A stretch of 63,998 nucleotides of DNA, the filler included, from Nemertoderma westbladi (Eukaryota; Animalia; Xenacoelomorpha), in the NCBI GenBank assembly GCA_032718475.1. It is 3 parts of 3 records of this genome, joined end to end, with 100 filler letters (N's around TTAATTAATTAA, not from the genome) between each part and the next. Parts side by side here need not be neighbours in the genome. Positions count along the whole stretch, not along the records: positions 1 to 20,247 come from JAUCBJ010008432.1; 2 more parts are not named here. One strand, 5' to 3'. The translations under genes were made by a program, and so were the position numbers. Each line of letters opens with the position of its first letter. Positions within the stretch are counted from its first letter, which is position 1. The notes beneath the pieces were generated by a model, which saw only the letters and a program-made list of their open reading frames with translations, ran no database searches and had not been told where the DNA came from. This document shows positions 1 through 10,799 of the stretch, piece by piece.

Positions 1-138
1 AGCGATCGCTGATGGCATACTGCAGTCCTGTCGTACAGTTCTGTAGGTGGGCCTAAGAGTTCCTCTCTAGGGTTGCTAGGCAACCGTAATAACAAAGTTT
101 TGGGACTGTATAATATGTATGTCAGTGGGGCTGCCACA
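1..138 (-). repeat. 3' LTR (partial)
   Basis: Matches 4159-4296 except gctaGgcaac vs gctaTgcaac; ends CCACA on the plus strand. Confidence 0.95.
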
Positions 139-152
139 TGACCCCCCCCCCC
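139..152 (-). promoter_or_regulatory. Polypurine tract
   Basis: Minus strand reads G11-TCA immediately before the 3' LTR. Confidence 0.85.
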
Positions 153-166
153 AGTCTCGAAACGTA

Positions 167-3100
167 TTAGAGATATTCAGGTGGACGGACCGTCCGGCCC
201 GATCGAGTTTGTACGGGCGGTTGGGCTGGGGTTGTTGGTCTTTGCGTTAGTACCGGCGGTGTAGGAGGTACCGGAGGTGCATTCGGGGGTCGACCTCGGC
301 GCCGCGGTTGGCCGAGAACGACCGGCTCGGTAAAATCGAGATGGGCCGGTTTGAGTCGGTCGACTGAAATCGTTTCAGTTCGACCGCCCATATCGATCTT
401 AAATGTTTTGGGTCCGGGGGTGAGGACCTTGTAAGGCCCCTCGTAGGGGCGTTCGAATGGCGTCCGGTGGGCGTCGCGCCGGACGAAAACGTAGGTAGCG
501 TCGTGGAGGTCCGGTGGAACCGACGACGGAGTCAGTCCGTGGCGTGACGTCGGTACCGGAGCGAACCGCCCGACCGTATCCCGGAGTTGAGGGAGGATCG
601 TGGACGGCGAGTGCTGGGCGCCTGTAGCCGGCGGAAGGAACTCGCCCGGGACGGTGAGGGGGGCACCGTAGACCAGCTCGGCGGAGGAGGTCCCCAAGTC
701 GTCCTTGGGAGCGGTCCGGATTCCGAGGAGAACCCACGGCAACTCGTCGACCCAATCGGGGCCGGTGAGCGAGGCCCGCAGGGCGGACTTTAGGTGGCGG
801 TGGAAACGTTCCACCAGTCCGTTCGCTTGTGGGTGGTAGGCCGTGGTGCGGTGCAGTTGGGTGCCCAGCAGCTGGTTGACGGCGGACCAGAGCTGGGAGG
901 TAAACTGCGAACCGCGGTCGGAGGAGAGATCCGCGGGGACGCCGAACCGAGATATCCAGATGGAGATGAGAGCCCGGGCGCAACTCTCGGTGGAGGTCTC
1001 GGTGAGGGGCACGGCCTCTGGCCACCGAGTGAACCGGTCTACCATCGTCAGCAGGTGAGTGAACCCGCGCGATGGTGGTAGAGGGCCGACCAGATCCACG
1101 TGGATGTGGTCGAACCGGCGGTGGGGGGTGGCGAAGGTGCCGAGGGGCGCGCGAACGTGGCGTTGCACCTTGGAAGACTGGCAAGGGATGCAGGTCTTCG
1201 CCCACTCGCCCACCTCTTTGCGGAGGCCGTGCCACACGAACCTGTCGGCGACGAGTTTCTTGGTGGTACGAGCGCCGGGGTGAGACAGGCCGTGTAGGGC
1301 GTCGAATACGCGCCGTCGCCAGGCGACGGGGACGACGGGGCGCGGGTGTCCGAGAGAAACGTCGCAAAGTAGAGTGGCGTTGGCGGGGGCGAGCGGGACG
1401 TCTTCCAGTTGGAGGCCGGACACGGCGGAGCGGTAGGTTGGCAGCTCGGGGTCGGCGAGTTGGGCAGCCGCCATAGCCGTGTAGTCGAGGCCGGGGAGGA
1501 GGGTTCGAACCGCGCTGACCGTAGTCCTGGAGAGCGCATCCGCCACACAGTTGTCTTTGCCAGCGACGTGTTCGATCGCCGTGGTGAACTCGGAAATGTA
1601 GGCGATGTGCCGTTGTAGCCGATTCGACCACGGGTCGCTGATCTTGGCGAATGCGAACGTCAGGGGTTTGTGGTCTGTGTAGGCGGTGAATACGCGGCCC
1701 TCCAGGTAGTACCGGAAGTGGCGAACAGCGAGGTACAGCGCGAGGAGTTCCCGGTCGAACGCGCTGTACTTCACCTCCGGGGGTCGAAGTTGGCGGCTGA
1801 AGAACGCCAGGGGGCGCCACGAGTCGCCGACGAGCTGTTCTAGAACGGCGCCCACCGCCGTGCCGGATGCGTCCACGGTGAGCGCCGTCGGTGCGTTGGC
1901 GTTGGGGTGGGCGAGCATCGTGGCATTGGCGAGGGCTTCCTTGGCGTTCCGGAACGCCGCCGCCATGTCGGGGGTCCAGTCGAGGGACTTGGGTTTACCG
2001 GCAAGGGCCGCGTAGAGGGGCCGCATGATGGCGGCGGCCGCGGGGACGAACCGATGATAGAAGTTCACCATCCCCACGAACTCCTGCAGGCCCTTGACGG
2101 TGGTCGGTTGGGTGAACTCACGGATGGCGGCGACCTTGTCGGGGAGCGGGTAGGCGCCGTGGGCCGAGATTCGGTGGCCGAGGAAGTCGATGGTCGACCG
2201 ACCGAACTCGCACTTGGCGAGGTTGATCACGAGGCCGTGTTCTTGGAGGCGCGCGAAGAGCTGACGGAGGTGGTCACGGTGTTCCTTAGGGGACCGACTC
2301 GCGACGAGGACGTCGTCTAGGTAGACGAAGAGGAAGTCGAGTCCCTGGCACACCGTGTCCATCAGTCTCTGGAAGGCCTGGGCCGCGTTTTTCAGCCCGA
2401 ACGGCATTCGAAGGAATTCAAACAGGCCGAACGGGGTTATAACCGCGGTCTTGGCGATGTCGGCCTCGGTTACGGGGATCTGGTGGTAGCCGCGCACCAG
2501 ATCGATCTTAGAAAAGATCTTCGCCCCAGCCAGTCTGGAGGAGAAGTCCTGGATATGGGGGATGGGGTACCGGTCCGGAATCGTGGCGTCGTTGAGGCGT
2601 CGGTAGTCGCCACACGGCCGCCATCCACCCGAGGGTTTAGGGGCCATGTGGAGGGGTGACGCCCATGGACTATTGGACCGGCGGATGATCCCCATCTCCT
2701 CCATCGTCCGGAACTCGTCCCGCGCGATCTCGAGTTTGTCTGGAGGCAGACGACGGGCGCGGGAGTAGACCGGGGGTCCCTCGGTGGGGATGTAATGTTC
2801 GACCCCGTGTTTCGCGGTGGGGTCGGAGAACCGAGGGATCGTAATATCGGGGAACTCGGCGAGGAGCCGAGCGAACTCGTCGTCCGAGGCGGTGACAGAA
2901 CCGAGGTGGGGGGCGTGGCCCGTAGTCCGCCCGCACGGGATCGAGGTCAACGTCTCGGCGTCGACCAGACGACGGCCTCTCAGGTCGACCAACATGTTGT
3001 TCGCTCGGAGGAAGTCGGCTCCGAGGAGAGGCTGGGCGACGTCGGCCGCGATAAACTTCCACTGGAAACGGCGGGAGTGGAAGTCGAGTTTGACGGAGCG

Positions 3101-3316
3101 GTGGCCGTACGTTCGAATGTACGTTTTGTTGGCGGCGATGAGGGGCGGCCCGCTCTGTCCCGAACGTTCCTCGCGAGTCGTCGCGGGAATAACGCTTACC
3201 TCCGCCCCAGTGTCGACCAAGAAGCGTTGCGCGGAAACGCGGTCCCAGGCAAACAGCAGCAGGTCGGTGTGGCCGGCCGTTGTAGCTGCTACAAACGGCC
3301 GGCCGGGGCGTTTCCC
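167..3316 (-). CDS. pol: Gypsy Pol (aspartic protease, RT, RNase H, integrase), entered by -1 frameshift
   Basis: ORF 167..3517 has FLVDTGA (PR), DYRRLN and YLDDVL (RT), TVDAS (RH), H-H/CIPC zinc motif, HVDLVGP...SDRG...VERFH (DDE) and YEGPY (GPY/F); no internal stops. Confidence 0.95.
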   Translation of the reverse strand, partial: GKRPGRPFVAATTAGHTDLLLFAWDRVSAQRFLVDTGAEVSVIPATTREERSGQSGPPLIAANKTYIRTYGHRSVKLDFHSRRFQWKFIAADVAQPLLGADFLRANNMLVDLRGRRLVDAETLTSIPCGRTTGHAPHLGSVTASDDEFARLLAEFPDITIPRFSDPTAKHGVEHYIPTEGPPVYSRARRLPPDKLEIARDEFRTMEEMGIIRRSNSPWASPLHMAPKPSGGWRPCGDYRRLNDATIPDRYPIPHIQDFSSRLAGAKIFSKIDLVRGYHQIPVTEADIAKTAVITPFGLFEFLRMPFGLKNAAQAFQRLMDTVCQGLDFLFVYLDDVLVASRSPKEHRDHLRQLFARLQEHGLVINLAKCEFGRSTIDFLGHRISAHGAYPLPDKVAAIREFTQPTTVKGLQEFVGMVNFYHRFVPAAAAIMRPLYAALAGKPKSLDWTPDMAAAFRNAKEALANATMLAHPNANAPTALTVDASGTAVGAVLEQLVGDSWRPLAFFSRQLRPPEVKYSAFDRELLALYLAVRHFRYYLEGRVFTAYTDHKPLTFAFAKISDPWSNRLQRHIAYISEFTTAIEHVAGKDNCVADALSRTTVSAVRTLLPGLDYTAMAAAQLADPELPTYRSAVSGLQLEDVPLAPANATLLCDVSLGHPRPVVPVAWRRRVFDALHGLSHPGARTTKKLVADRFVWHGLRKEVGEWAKTCIPCQSSKVQRHVRAPLGTFATPHRRFDHIHVDLVGPLPPSRGFTHLLTMVDRFTRWPEAVPLTETSTESCARALISIWISRFGVPADLSSDRGSQFTSQLWSAVNQLLGTQLHRTTAYHPQANGLVERFHRHLKSALRASLTGPDWVDELPWVLLGIRTAPKDDLGTSSAELVYGAPLTVPGEFLPPATGAQHSPSTILPQLRDTVGRFAPVPTSRHGLTPSSVPPDLHDATYVFVRRDAHRTPFERPYEGPYKVLTPGPKTFKIDMGGRTETISVDRLKPAHLDFTEPVVLGQPRRRGRPPNAPPVPPTPPVLTQRPTTPAQPPVQTRSGRTVRPPEYL
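3271..3316 (-). promoter_or_regulatory. Programmed -1 ribosomal frameshift signal (G GGA AAC plus stem-loop)
   Basis: Heptamer at 3310-3316 in gag phase, 5-nt spacer, then hairpin GGCCGGCCGTT(T)GTAG-CAG-CTACAACGGCCGGCC. A -1 shift gives the pol frame GKRPGRPF. Confidence 0.85.
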
Positions 3317-4001
3317 TGGTAACTGCAGGGCGGGCGGCACTTCCTGGCTGTGGGGCCGAACGTCTGGTGATAATAGCACCAGTCCGGGTTCGAGTTCGGG
3401 GCCCGCGGGGCGGGAGTCGATGCCGACGAGGAGTTCTTGCCGGTTCGCTGCGGCGGGACCGGCGTCGGTTTCCTGACAGCGTGGGCCGCGAGTGAGGTCT
3501 GCCGGGAGGCCTCCCACAGCGCGTCGGCCCGGTCCGCAACCCTGTCGAGGTCGCGGAAGTCCTCCTCCGCGAGTTGGAGGCGGATTGCGGCGGGCATCTG
3601 CCGGAGGAAGGCCTCCTCGAAGAGGAGTCCCGCGTTGTCGTCGCCGAGGAGCGCCTGCATTTCCCCGAGGAGTTGCGAGGGGCGCCGGTCACCGACTGAC
3701 CGAGGCCGTCGAGGTCCCAGAGTCGGGCTGCGCGCTCGCGTCGGGAGAGCCCGAAGGCCTTGAGAAGTTGGCCTTTGAGTTTGAGGTACTTCTCAGTAGC
3801 GGGAGGGTTCTGGATGAGTTTTAGGAGGCGAGCGGCTGTCTCCTGGTCGAGGGCCCCCACCACGTAATAATATTTTGTAGCGTCCTCGGTGATGCTGCGA
3901 ATGTGGAACTGTGCCTCCGCCTGGGCGAACCACACCTCGGGTTGGGTGGTCCAGAACGGAGGCAGCTTAATAGAAACGGCGTTGGCGGTCGCTTCGGCCA
4001 T
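3289..4001 (-). pseudogene. gag: Gypsy Gag, disrupted by an 8-bp insertion
   Basis: N-terminus KLPPFW...WFAQAEAQF and C-terminus WCYYHQTFG...CRPPC lie in different frames. Removing CAGTCGGT (within 3691-3703) restores a 705-nt ORF reading [13 protein letters not shown]. Confidence 0.9.
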
Positions 4002-4091
4002 TGTCTGATTGTCGTCAACACAGTTTCGGTGGCTGATCAGTTTGATTGCAGGATCATGCTGCGAGTCGCGGTCTCAAGAGTTCGTCTTGAG

Positions 4092-4105
4092 ACGCTGGGT
4101 CACCA
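4092..4105 (-). promoter_or_regulatory. Primer-binding site, tRNA-Trp-like
   Basis: TGGTGACCCAGCGT starts 1 nt after the 5' LTR; eukaryotic tRNA-Trp ends ...GGGGUCACCA. Confidence 0.75.
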
Positions 4106-4106
4106 A

Positions 4107-4296
4107 TGTGGAGATGGCGTCTAGCCACGAAATGAGAACGTATGTAGACTCAAGTTCGAGCGATCGCTGATGGCATACTGCAGTCCTGTCGTACAGTTCT
4201 GTAGGTGGGCCTAAGAGTTCCTCTCTAGGGTTGCTATGCAACCGTAATAACAAAGTTTTGGGACTGTATAATATGTATGTCAGTGGGGCTGCCACA
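4107..4296 (-). repeat. 5' LTR (190 bp)
   Basis: TGTGG...CCACA termini; matches the copy at the window start. Confidence 0.95.
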
Positions 4297-5701
4297 ATAC
4301 TGACTATTTCTTATTTCATATACATACAGTGCTACTGTACTGTAGCCCTACTGTATTAACCATCGGAAATGATTTTCTAGATCACAAATTTGATAACTAC
4401 TAATTTTATTTATAATAGTCCTATCGCCTTACTCAAGCAATATAAAACTGTCTACCGGTAGAACACATTAATTACTCAGGGGGTACTACTGTACTTCGCC
4501 CTGTCGACACCCCTGTCATTTTTAGTGCTTTTTTGATATTGGTGCATGTTCTAGTTCTAGAATATTAGGAGATATATTTTTTATGGTAGCTAGTGTTTCT
4601 TTTCCTAGCTAGTATTTTTTGAAATTTTAAAACTGGGTAAAAAATTTATTTTTTTATTTGTTATTGGTTAGTGTTTTAGGACATTACTATATAATATACT
4701 TTATACTGTATTATGTTAGCTCGTGTTTTTTTTACTGGCATTAGTGTGGCCTAGGTGCCCACTTTTTGTAGCATGAGCATTAATAGCTAATTATTTTATA
4801 AATGTTATAGAACATGTGTTAGCTATCAATTTTGATAAATATTTTTGTTCTAGAACACTCTTAACAGTTCTTTTAATTTTTATACTAGCTAATGTTTTCA
4901 ACTTTTTTTTATAGGCCTAAATGTTACAAAAATAAGAAAGTGAGTTAGTATCAATTAAATCCTATGGAAAAAAACACACTTCTTAAAACACTAGCTACCA
5001 TACAAAAAAAACTTACATCCTATTGTGTCAAATTTTTGTTCTAGAACAAAAAACTTCACACGATAATAGTCATTTTCACATGAAAAAATTGGTCAAAAAG
5101 TATGCCCCCAGGCCACACTAATGCCATTTTACTATACTAGCTAGTATTACTTTTAAAAAAAATATAAAAAAAATTGTGAAAACAATGATATTTCAGAATT
5201 AAACTGTTGCATAATATATTGTATGGATGATAAAAATAAAATAAAATATTGAGGGTCTAAATAAATCTTTTAAATAAATAAATATTTCGTACGTAATTAA
5301 TAGCTAAATTATTATTACTATTTGTATATAAAATGTTCCATAACATGTTGGGTATTAATTTTTAAAAAAATTATTGTCTATGACGAATATTTTTTGTTCT
5401 GGCACATTTTTTAGACAAAATCTGAATTCTATTTAAAACGCACGGGATCGTTCTAAAACGTGTATGAATAAATTTTATATTAATAGCTAACATGTTCTGG
5501 AACATTTTCTATACAAATAGTAATAAGAACTAGCTACTACAAAATATTTATAAAAGGAAGTAGGATGTCGGAACCAGGGTACTGCACCAGTATCGGAACC
5601 AGTGCCGGAAATTACTAGCTAAATCTAACTAAAATACAAGCTTCTCTTCTAGGCCGTATAAATATGGTAGGCCATCATATGGTATTATAGTACTTTATTT
5701 A

Positions 5702-7449
5702 CGCAATAATTTTTATTGTCCGTTTAAATCCTTTTTTTGTCCTTTTTTTTTTATTTTTTATGTCCTCAAAAAGTCTAATGTTAGGTTCCATGCTACCGGT
5801 TTCTCTACTGCTGTTCTCTCAGGCTATCAGTACCGGTATTAGTATATATAGCACTATTTTGCTGTATTGTATGTACAGATGTAGGTATAAAGCAGGTATT
5901 TCTGTATTTTAGTACCGGTACCGGCACCGGTACTGCTATAGGCCTACTGTGTAGCCTACCATTTAAATACGGTAATGGTAGGCCTACTGTGTAGCCTACC
6001 ATTTAAATACGGTAATGGTAGGCCTACCGGTTGTGCTAATAAATTTTAAATAATTGATATGCCAAACTGGATTGCAGGATTGTGGAAAATGTGGATATAC
6101 CTTTCACATAATTTAGGCCTATTACTGTATTAGTTTTATAATCAATAATGGATCATGACTACTGTCTGAGTAGTGTTACGGATAACCTGCTCCTTTCCCT
6201 GATTTGGTAAAGTGACTGTTTTGGTTTTGATTGCTTGATTGTTTTGGTTAGAAAATCCGGCCTTAACCTGCTCCTTTCCCTCAATTAGTTAAGTGATCGT
6301 TTATTGTTTTGGTTAGAAAATCCCGCCTCTGTAACCTACTCCTTTCCCTCAATTGGTAATGTTATCGTTTATTGTTTTGGTTAGAAAATCCCGCCTCTGT
6401 AACCTGCTCCTTTCTCTCAATTGGTAATGTTATCGTTTATTGTTTTGGTTAGAAAATCCCGTCTCTGTAACCTGCTCCTTTCCCTCAATTAGTTAAATGA
6501 TCGTTTATTGTTTTGGTTAGAAAATCCCGCCTCTGTAACCTGCCCCTTTCCCTCAATTAGTTAAATGATCGTTTATGGTTTTGGTTAGAAAATCCCGCCT
6601 CAGTAACGTGCTCCTTTCCCTGAATTGGTGAAGTGACCGTTTATTGTTTTGGTTAGAAAGGCCCGCCTCTGTAACCTGCCCCTTTCCCTCAATTAGTTAA
6701 ATGATCGTTTATTGTTTTGGTTAGAAAATCCCGCCTCAGTAACCTGCTCCTTTCCCTCAATTAGTTCAGTGATCGTTTATTGTTTTGGTTAGAAAATTCC
6801 GCCTCTGTAACATGTCCCTTTCCCTCAATTAGTTAAATGATCGTTTATTGTTTTGGTTAGAAAATCCCGCCTCTGTATCCTGCTCCTTTCCCTCAATAAG
6901 TTAAGTGATCGTTTATTGTTTTGGTTAGAAAATCCCGCCTCTGTAACCTGCTCCTTTCCCTCAATTAGTTAAGTGATCGTTTATTGTTTTGGTTAGAAAA
7001 TCCCGTCTCTGTAACCTGCTCCTTTCCCTGATTTGGTAAAGTGACTGTTATTGTTTTGGTTAGAAAACTCGGCCTTGACCTGCACCTTTCCATCAATTGG
7101 TAATTGTTTTTGGCTATAAAATGAGTGTTTTGCTACGTCATGTGGTAATCGATTATCGACAACAACCACAAACTATTAAATATAGAGTCTTTTTACCACA
7201 GGCGCATATAGAAATCTATCTCATATAGTCTATAAATCATGGAATCATGGAATGTTTTGGCACAGGCATAGTGAAATCAACTGTCTGACAGTCCAGAAAT
7301 CAGCAGTCTGACAGTTTGAAGAAATACATACATAAAAAGTCATTAAACGAACAATAAAAGTCATTAAAAGGACAACAAAAGTCATTATGCATAATTCGTA
7401 AAAAAAATGACAAAAAAAGTCAAATAAAAGGACATAAAAAATCACTGCC
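5702..7449. mobile_element. Mutator-like non-autonomous TIR element carrying a satellite
   Basis: Perfect 9-bp direct repeat CTTTATTTA at 5693-5701 and 7450-7458; imperfect TIRs (CGCAATAATTTTTTATTGTCC / GGACATAAAAAATCACTGCC) with GGACA-rich subterminal repeats. Confidence 0.6.
6184..7105. repeat. 68-bp tandem satellite, about 13 copies
   Basis: Unit AACCTGCTCCTTTCCCTCAATTAGTTAAGTGATCGTTTATTGTTTTGGTTAGAAAATCCCGCCTCTGT recurs at 6333, 6401, 6469, 6537 and onward. Confidence 0.95.
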
Positions 7450-10400
7450 CTTTATTTATAAGTATATGTACAGTTTGTTTTGTTGAACAGTAGGCCTATT
7501 CCAGAATATATAACCGCAATGGAAACAATTAGGAAATATTTAATACGAATTATAGACCTTCGGCAGAGGAGTTTAGTTTTCAAGATTAAATTCTAAAGTT
7601 GAAAGTGGCATGTTTTTGCAAAATACCAGGGCTATTTAAATGCCAAATAATTAGGATGAAAAACAGTATGTACCCTATCATATACGCTTTTATTCTTAAA
7701 TTGTTACTTTTTCTCTCGAATATACCACAAAATCGGGAGAAAAAGTAACCCATAGGATTGCATTGATTTTACTTTTTTTCCCGGCGAAAAAGGTAAAGTA
7801 AAATATTTTTGGTGGAATTTCTTAAATTTTATTATATATATATTGAAAGAGCATCGGCGCAGAAAAGGTTTGCAAGTAATTTGAACAAAATCCATTCACA
7901 CACTCAAAAGTTATTGCAATTTTAGTGTCTCCAAAGCGAACTCCAAATCGGAACTCAATATCCAATATTGGTTTATGTTGTTTAGCGGATCTCTAGTTAC
8001 GTGATAAATATTCGAGAACACTATTTGTTTTAACAATGAGTAAGGCAGCATCAGGAGTTGAAGAGTTCAATAATATGAATTGCAGTAACTATGGAAGCAA
8101 TATAGTTAAATCCTGCAGTTTTCAATTAATTTTGTAACACTATATCGCTGTACGTTTTACAGTATTAAAGTATTAAGCAACAAAAAAGTACCAATTTAAG
8201 AATAAAATTACGTATTACATGGGAAAAAAACGTAAAACATTTTTTTCAATATTCTCTCGACCCATTATTAACCTCGCTGAAAAAAAAAGAAAAAAAAGTT
8301 CTACTTTTTTCCCATGTAATAAATAATTTTTATGCGCTTCTTTAAGCGTTTTCATGTATTAATTGTTAGTGTTATATTATGTGTGTGTATATTCTGTATT
8401 TTACTGAACTTTAGGAATATTTATCTTAAATTGTTTCAATAATCGGCAATTAAAGATAATTATTCATTCGTATATTTATTATTTATAGTGTTTCACGATG
8501 TTTTGTAAGTAAATAGCTTCACCCTTGTGCGCACCACTCCACCTCCAGCTAGGTGGTAAAAGGGGGGGGGGGGGGGGGGGGCGGGTGATCAAGAAAATGG
8601 GTTGAATGTTTGCGGAGTGTTCACCATGAATTTTTGCGACTTAATTTACTTATCCTTTATATGTTTTCTGGCTTAAGATATTTTTATCCGGCTAAATTTT
8701 ATTCTTGCCCATTTTGCTCTGAAATTCTCAGTTGCATTCATTTATTCAACAGCAAGCAGTTAAGCCGGCATTTTATTAATTTACTAAGTAATCTATATGA
8801 ATCTATACAGTATGTATGTTTGTAAAACATCGATACACGTCGTCAGATTTCACTATCGCTGAATGCTTTTGGGGTCAATCGAAGCGTATTCGAACGATAC
8901 ATACCACTATATCGTGGTTTTATTTTACGCATTTGTATGCGTGAACAGATATTTTGTTCGCTGCAACATGTTGTCATCATTAACTCATTCGAATATGCCT
9001 TTACTGTTGTATTATTGTATTCGTTGGACCAATGGCAAGGCCGGAATATTATTATTGTTATGTTATCCTGTTATCTGTAATCTGTATAAGGATGCTTATT
9101 CCTATTAAAACCTCACTTGGCAATTCTTTATCACCGTGCCATCTATGGTTTAGCAGTGAAGGTCCCGATTCAATTTTATTGACTGGGATATTAAACCGAA
9201 TTCAAGTATATTATAATTAATAAATAATATTCTTGTGTTGATATTGTTTGTTATATTTGGGAAGAATATACTGCCTTATAGGAACCAAGCTGACGTTTTA
9301 TGCGAAGAATAATGCTAGGTAAAGTCCCTGTAATCTAATGTTATTGAGAGACTACGCAATCGTATCCCTTTCGAATGTTTGTGTTCTACTCTAAACCATC
9401 AAATAATTACTATATGGCGACATTTGCGACCTATATTTCAAACAGATCATCGATTTTTAACAGTATCACGATTGAGCATGAGCATTGATGTACTTGAATT
9501 CCGTAGATAGTACGTCTCCTCTAAAGGGAGACCAATCCCCCCAGAATTGAGATCTGAGCCCATAATTAGTCAGTCATTACCATAATTAACTGTGCCACCA
9601 TACACTTACAGTGGAACTGTTTCTACGTTTTAAGTTATATTAATGATAAATTGCCGTCAAAGTATACAAGTGAATCAGAAATACAGTGTGTTCTACCAAA
9701 AATGATACTTCTCCACTCCAGCCCTTCAGCTCTGAGGGTAAACTAGCGCAATTTGCTGTTGAATGTATCATCCTTTACCATAACAAGTCGAGATTCAGTT
9801 ACAAATTGGGGATAAATTTTAGTGAAAATACGCTTTGATCAAATGCGTTAACATACTGGCAATTATAATTGGTTGGAGTAAATAATGAAGCATAATATAA
9901 TGCAGCAAGTAAACAACACGTCATAGTAGGGTGAGTGAGGGAGACTTGACTTTAGGGGAGACTTGATTTTTTTGAATAACTCAAAAACGATTGTAAATTA
10001 TTTGACAATACCACACAATAATGTGTAAAATACATGTAGACTACACACCTTCAACAATGTTTTATTACCTTTTGGTTATTTTTTGTTTTATTGCCAATAA
10101 ACTATCCTGCTATATATTAATTTCCAGTTTTGTTTCAGCCGTTTTCAACTTATATCAATTAATATATAAAAAGCCAATGTGGGGAGACTTGACGCCCGAG
10201 TGTGAGTGAGACTTGAACCGGCCATTATTGCTTACGTCTACGTCTAGAGATACACCCGGTAGAGAACCATTACACCATGGAACTCCAACTGATGTGATTG
10301 ACACTTACACAGAACAAACAATCAATGGAACGTGAATACAATGGAGAAAGCAGAGGCCCTTTTCTCTAACATTACCCTCCCTGCCTGCTTTATGCAGTGG

Positions 10401-10799
10401 CCATCTCCCTTAGAAGCCAAGCCAAGCCAACGAACCATCCCTCTTTACAAATGTGGTTTTATGATGAAAAATATTTTTATGACCTCTTTTTTTTAGTCAT
10501 CTTTTGATTAATTTAAATCACTGTACTACTGTTCTTCTGTTTTTAGTAGTACAGTACCGGTATCGGTGTATTACAATAACGCATCATTACACCATGTCCT
10601 GGAATATAGTGTCGTTACTACTCTGTTAATAATACAGGTCAATAGCGCCTAGGGCACCATTGACGGCAAAGGCTTGATACGCATCTGCATTGGAGATGAT
10701 ACACGCCCCGCCCTGTCTATACTGGATGCCCTCTACCAGTGTTAGGTAATCTAACCCAGGATGCACACTTGGTTCAAGGTGTAACAAATGGACCCCTAC

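Larger units (their letters stand above)
1..4296 (-). mobile_element. Ty3/Gypsy LTR retrotransposon, CsRn1/Kabuki-like; 3' LTR cut by the window start
   Basis: Direct repeats 1-138 and 4159-4296 differ at one base. Internal gag plus PR-RT-RH-IN pol. CHCC-type Gag motif (CYYH-x9-C-x3-C) and a TGGTGACCC PBS are established features of the CsRn1/Kabuki/Boudicca clade. Confidence 0.95.

Noticed and set aside
399-4001. Long alternative-frame and antisense ORFs over the Gypsy element
   Set aside because: By-products of GC-rich coding DNA; the 443-aa ORF exists only because of the 8-bp insertion in gag.
4478-5600. AT-rich block with internal inverted repeats and TGTTCTAGAACA words
   Set aside because: Probably a DNA-transposon interior, but no termini or TSD could be defined.
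6184-7105. CRISPR-like appearance of the 68-bp array (also the 30- and 48-bp arrays)
   Set aside because: No unique spacers, no cas genes and a eukaryotic context.
9925-10220. Repeated GGGAGACTTGA words
   Set aside because: Resemble subterminal repeats of a DNA transposon, but only one orientation is present and no ends are definable.
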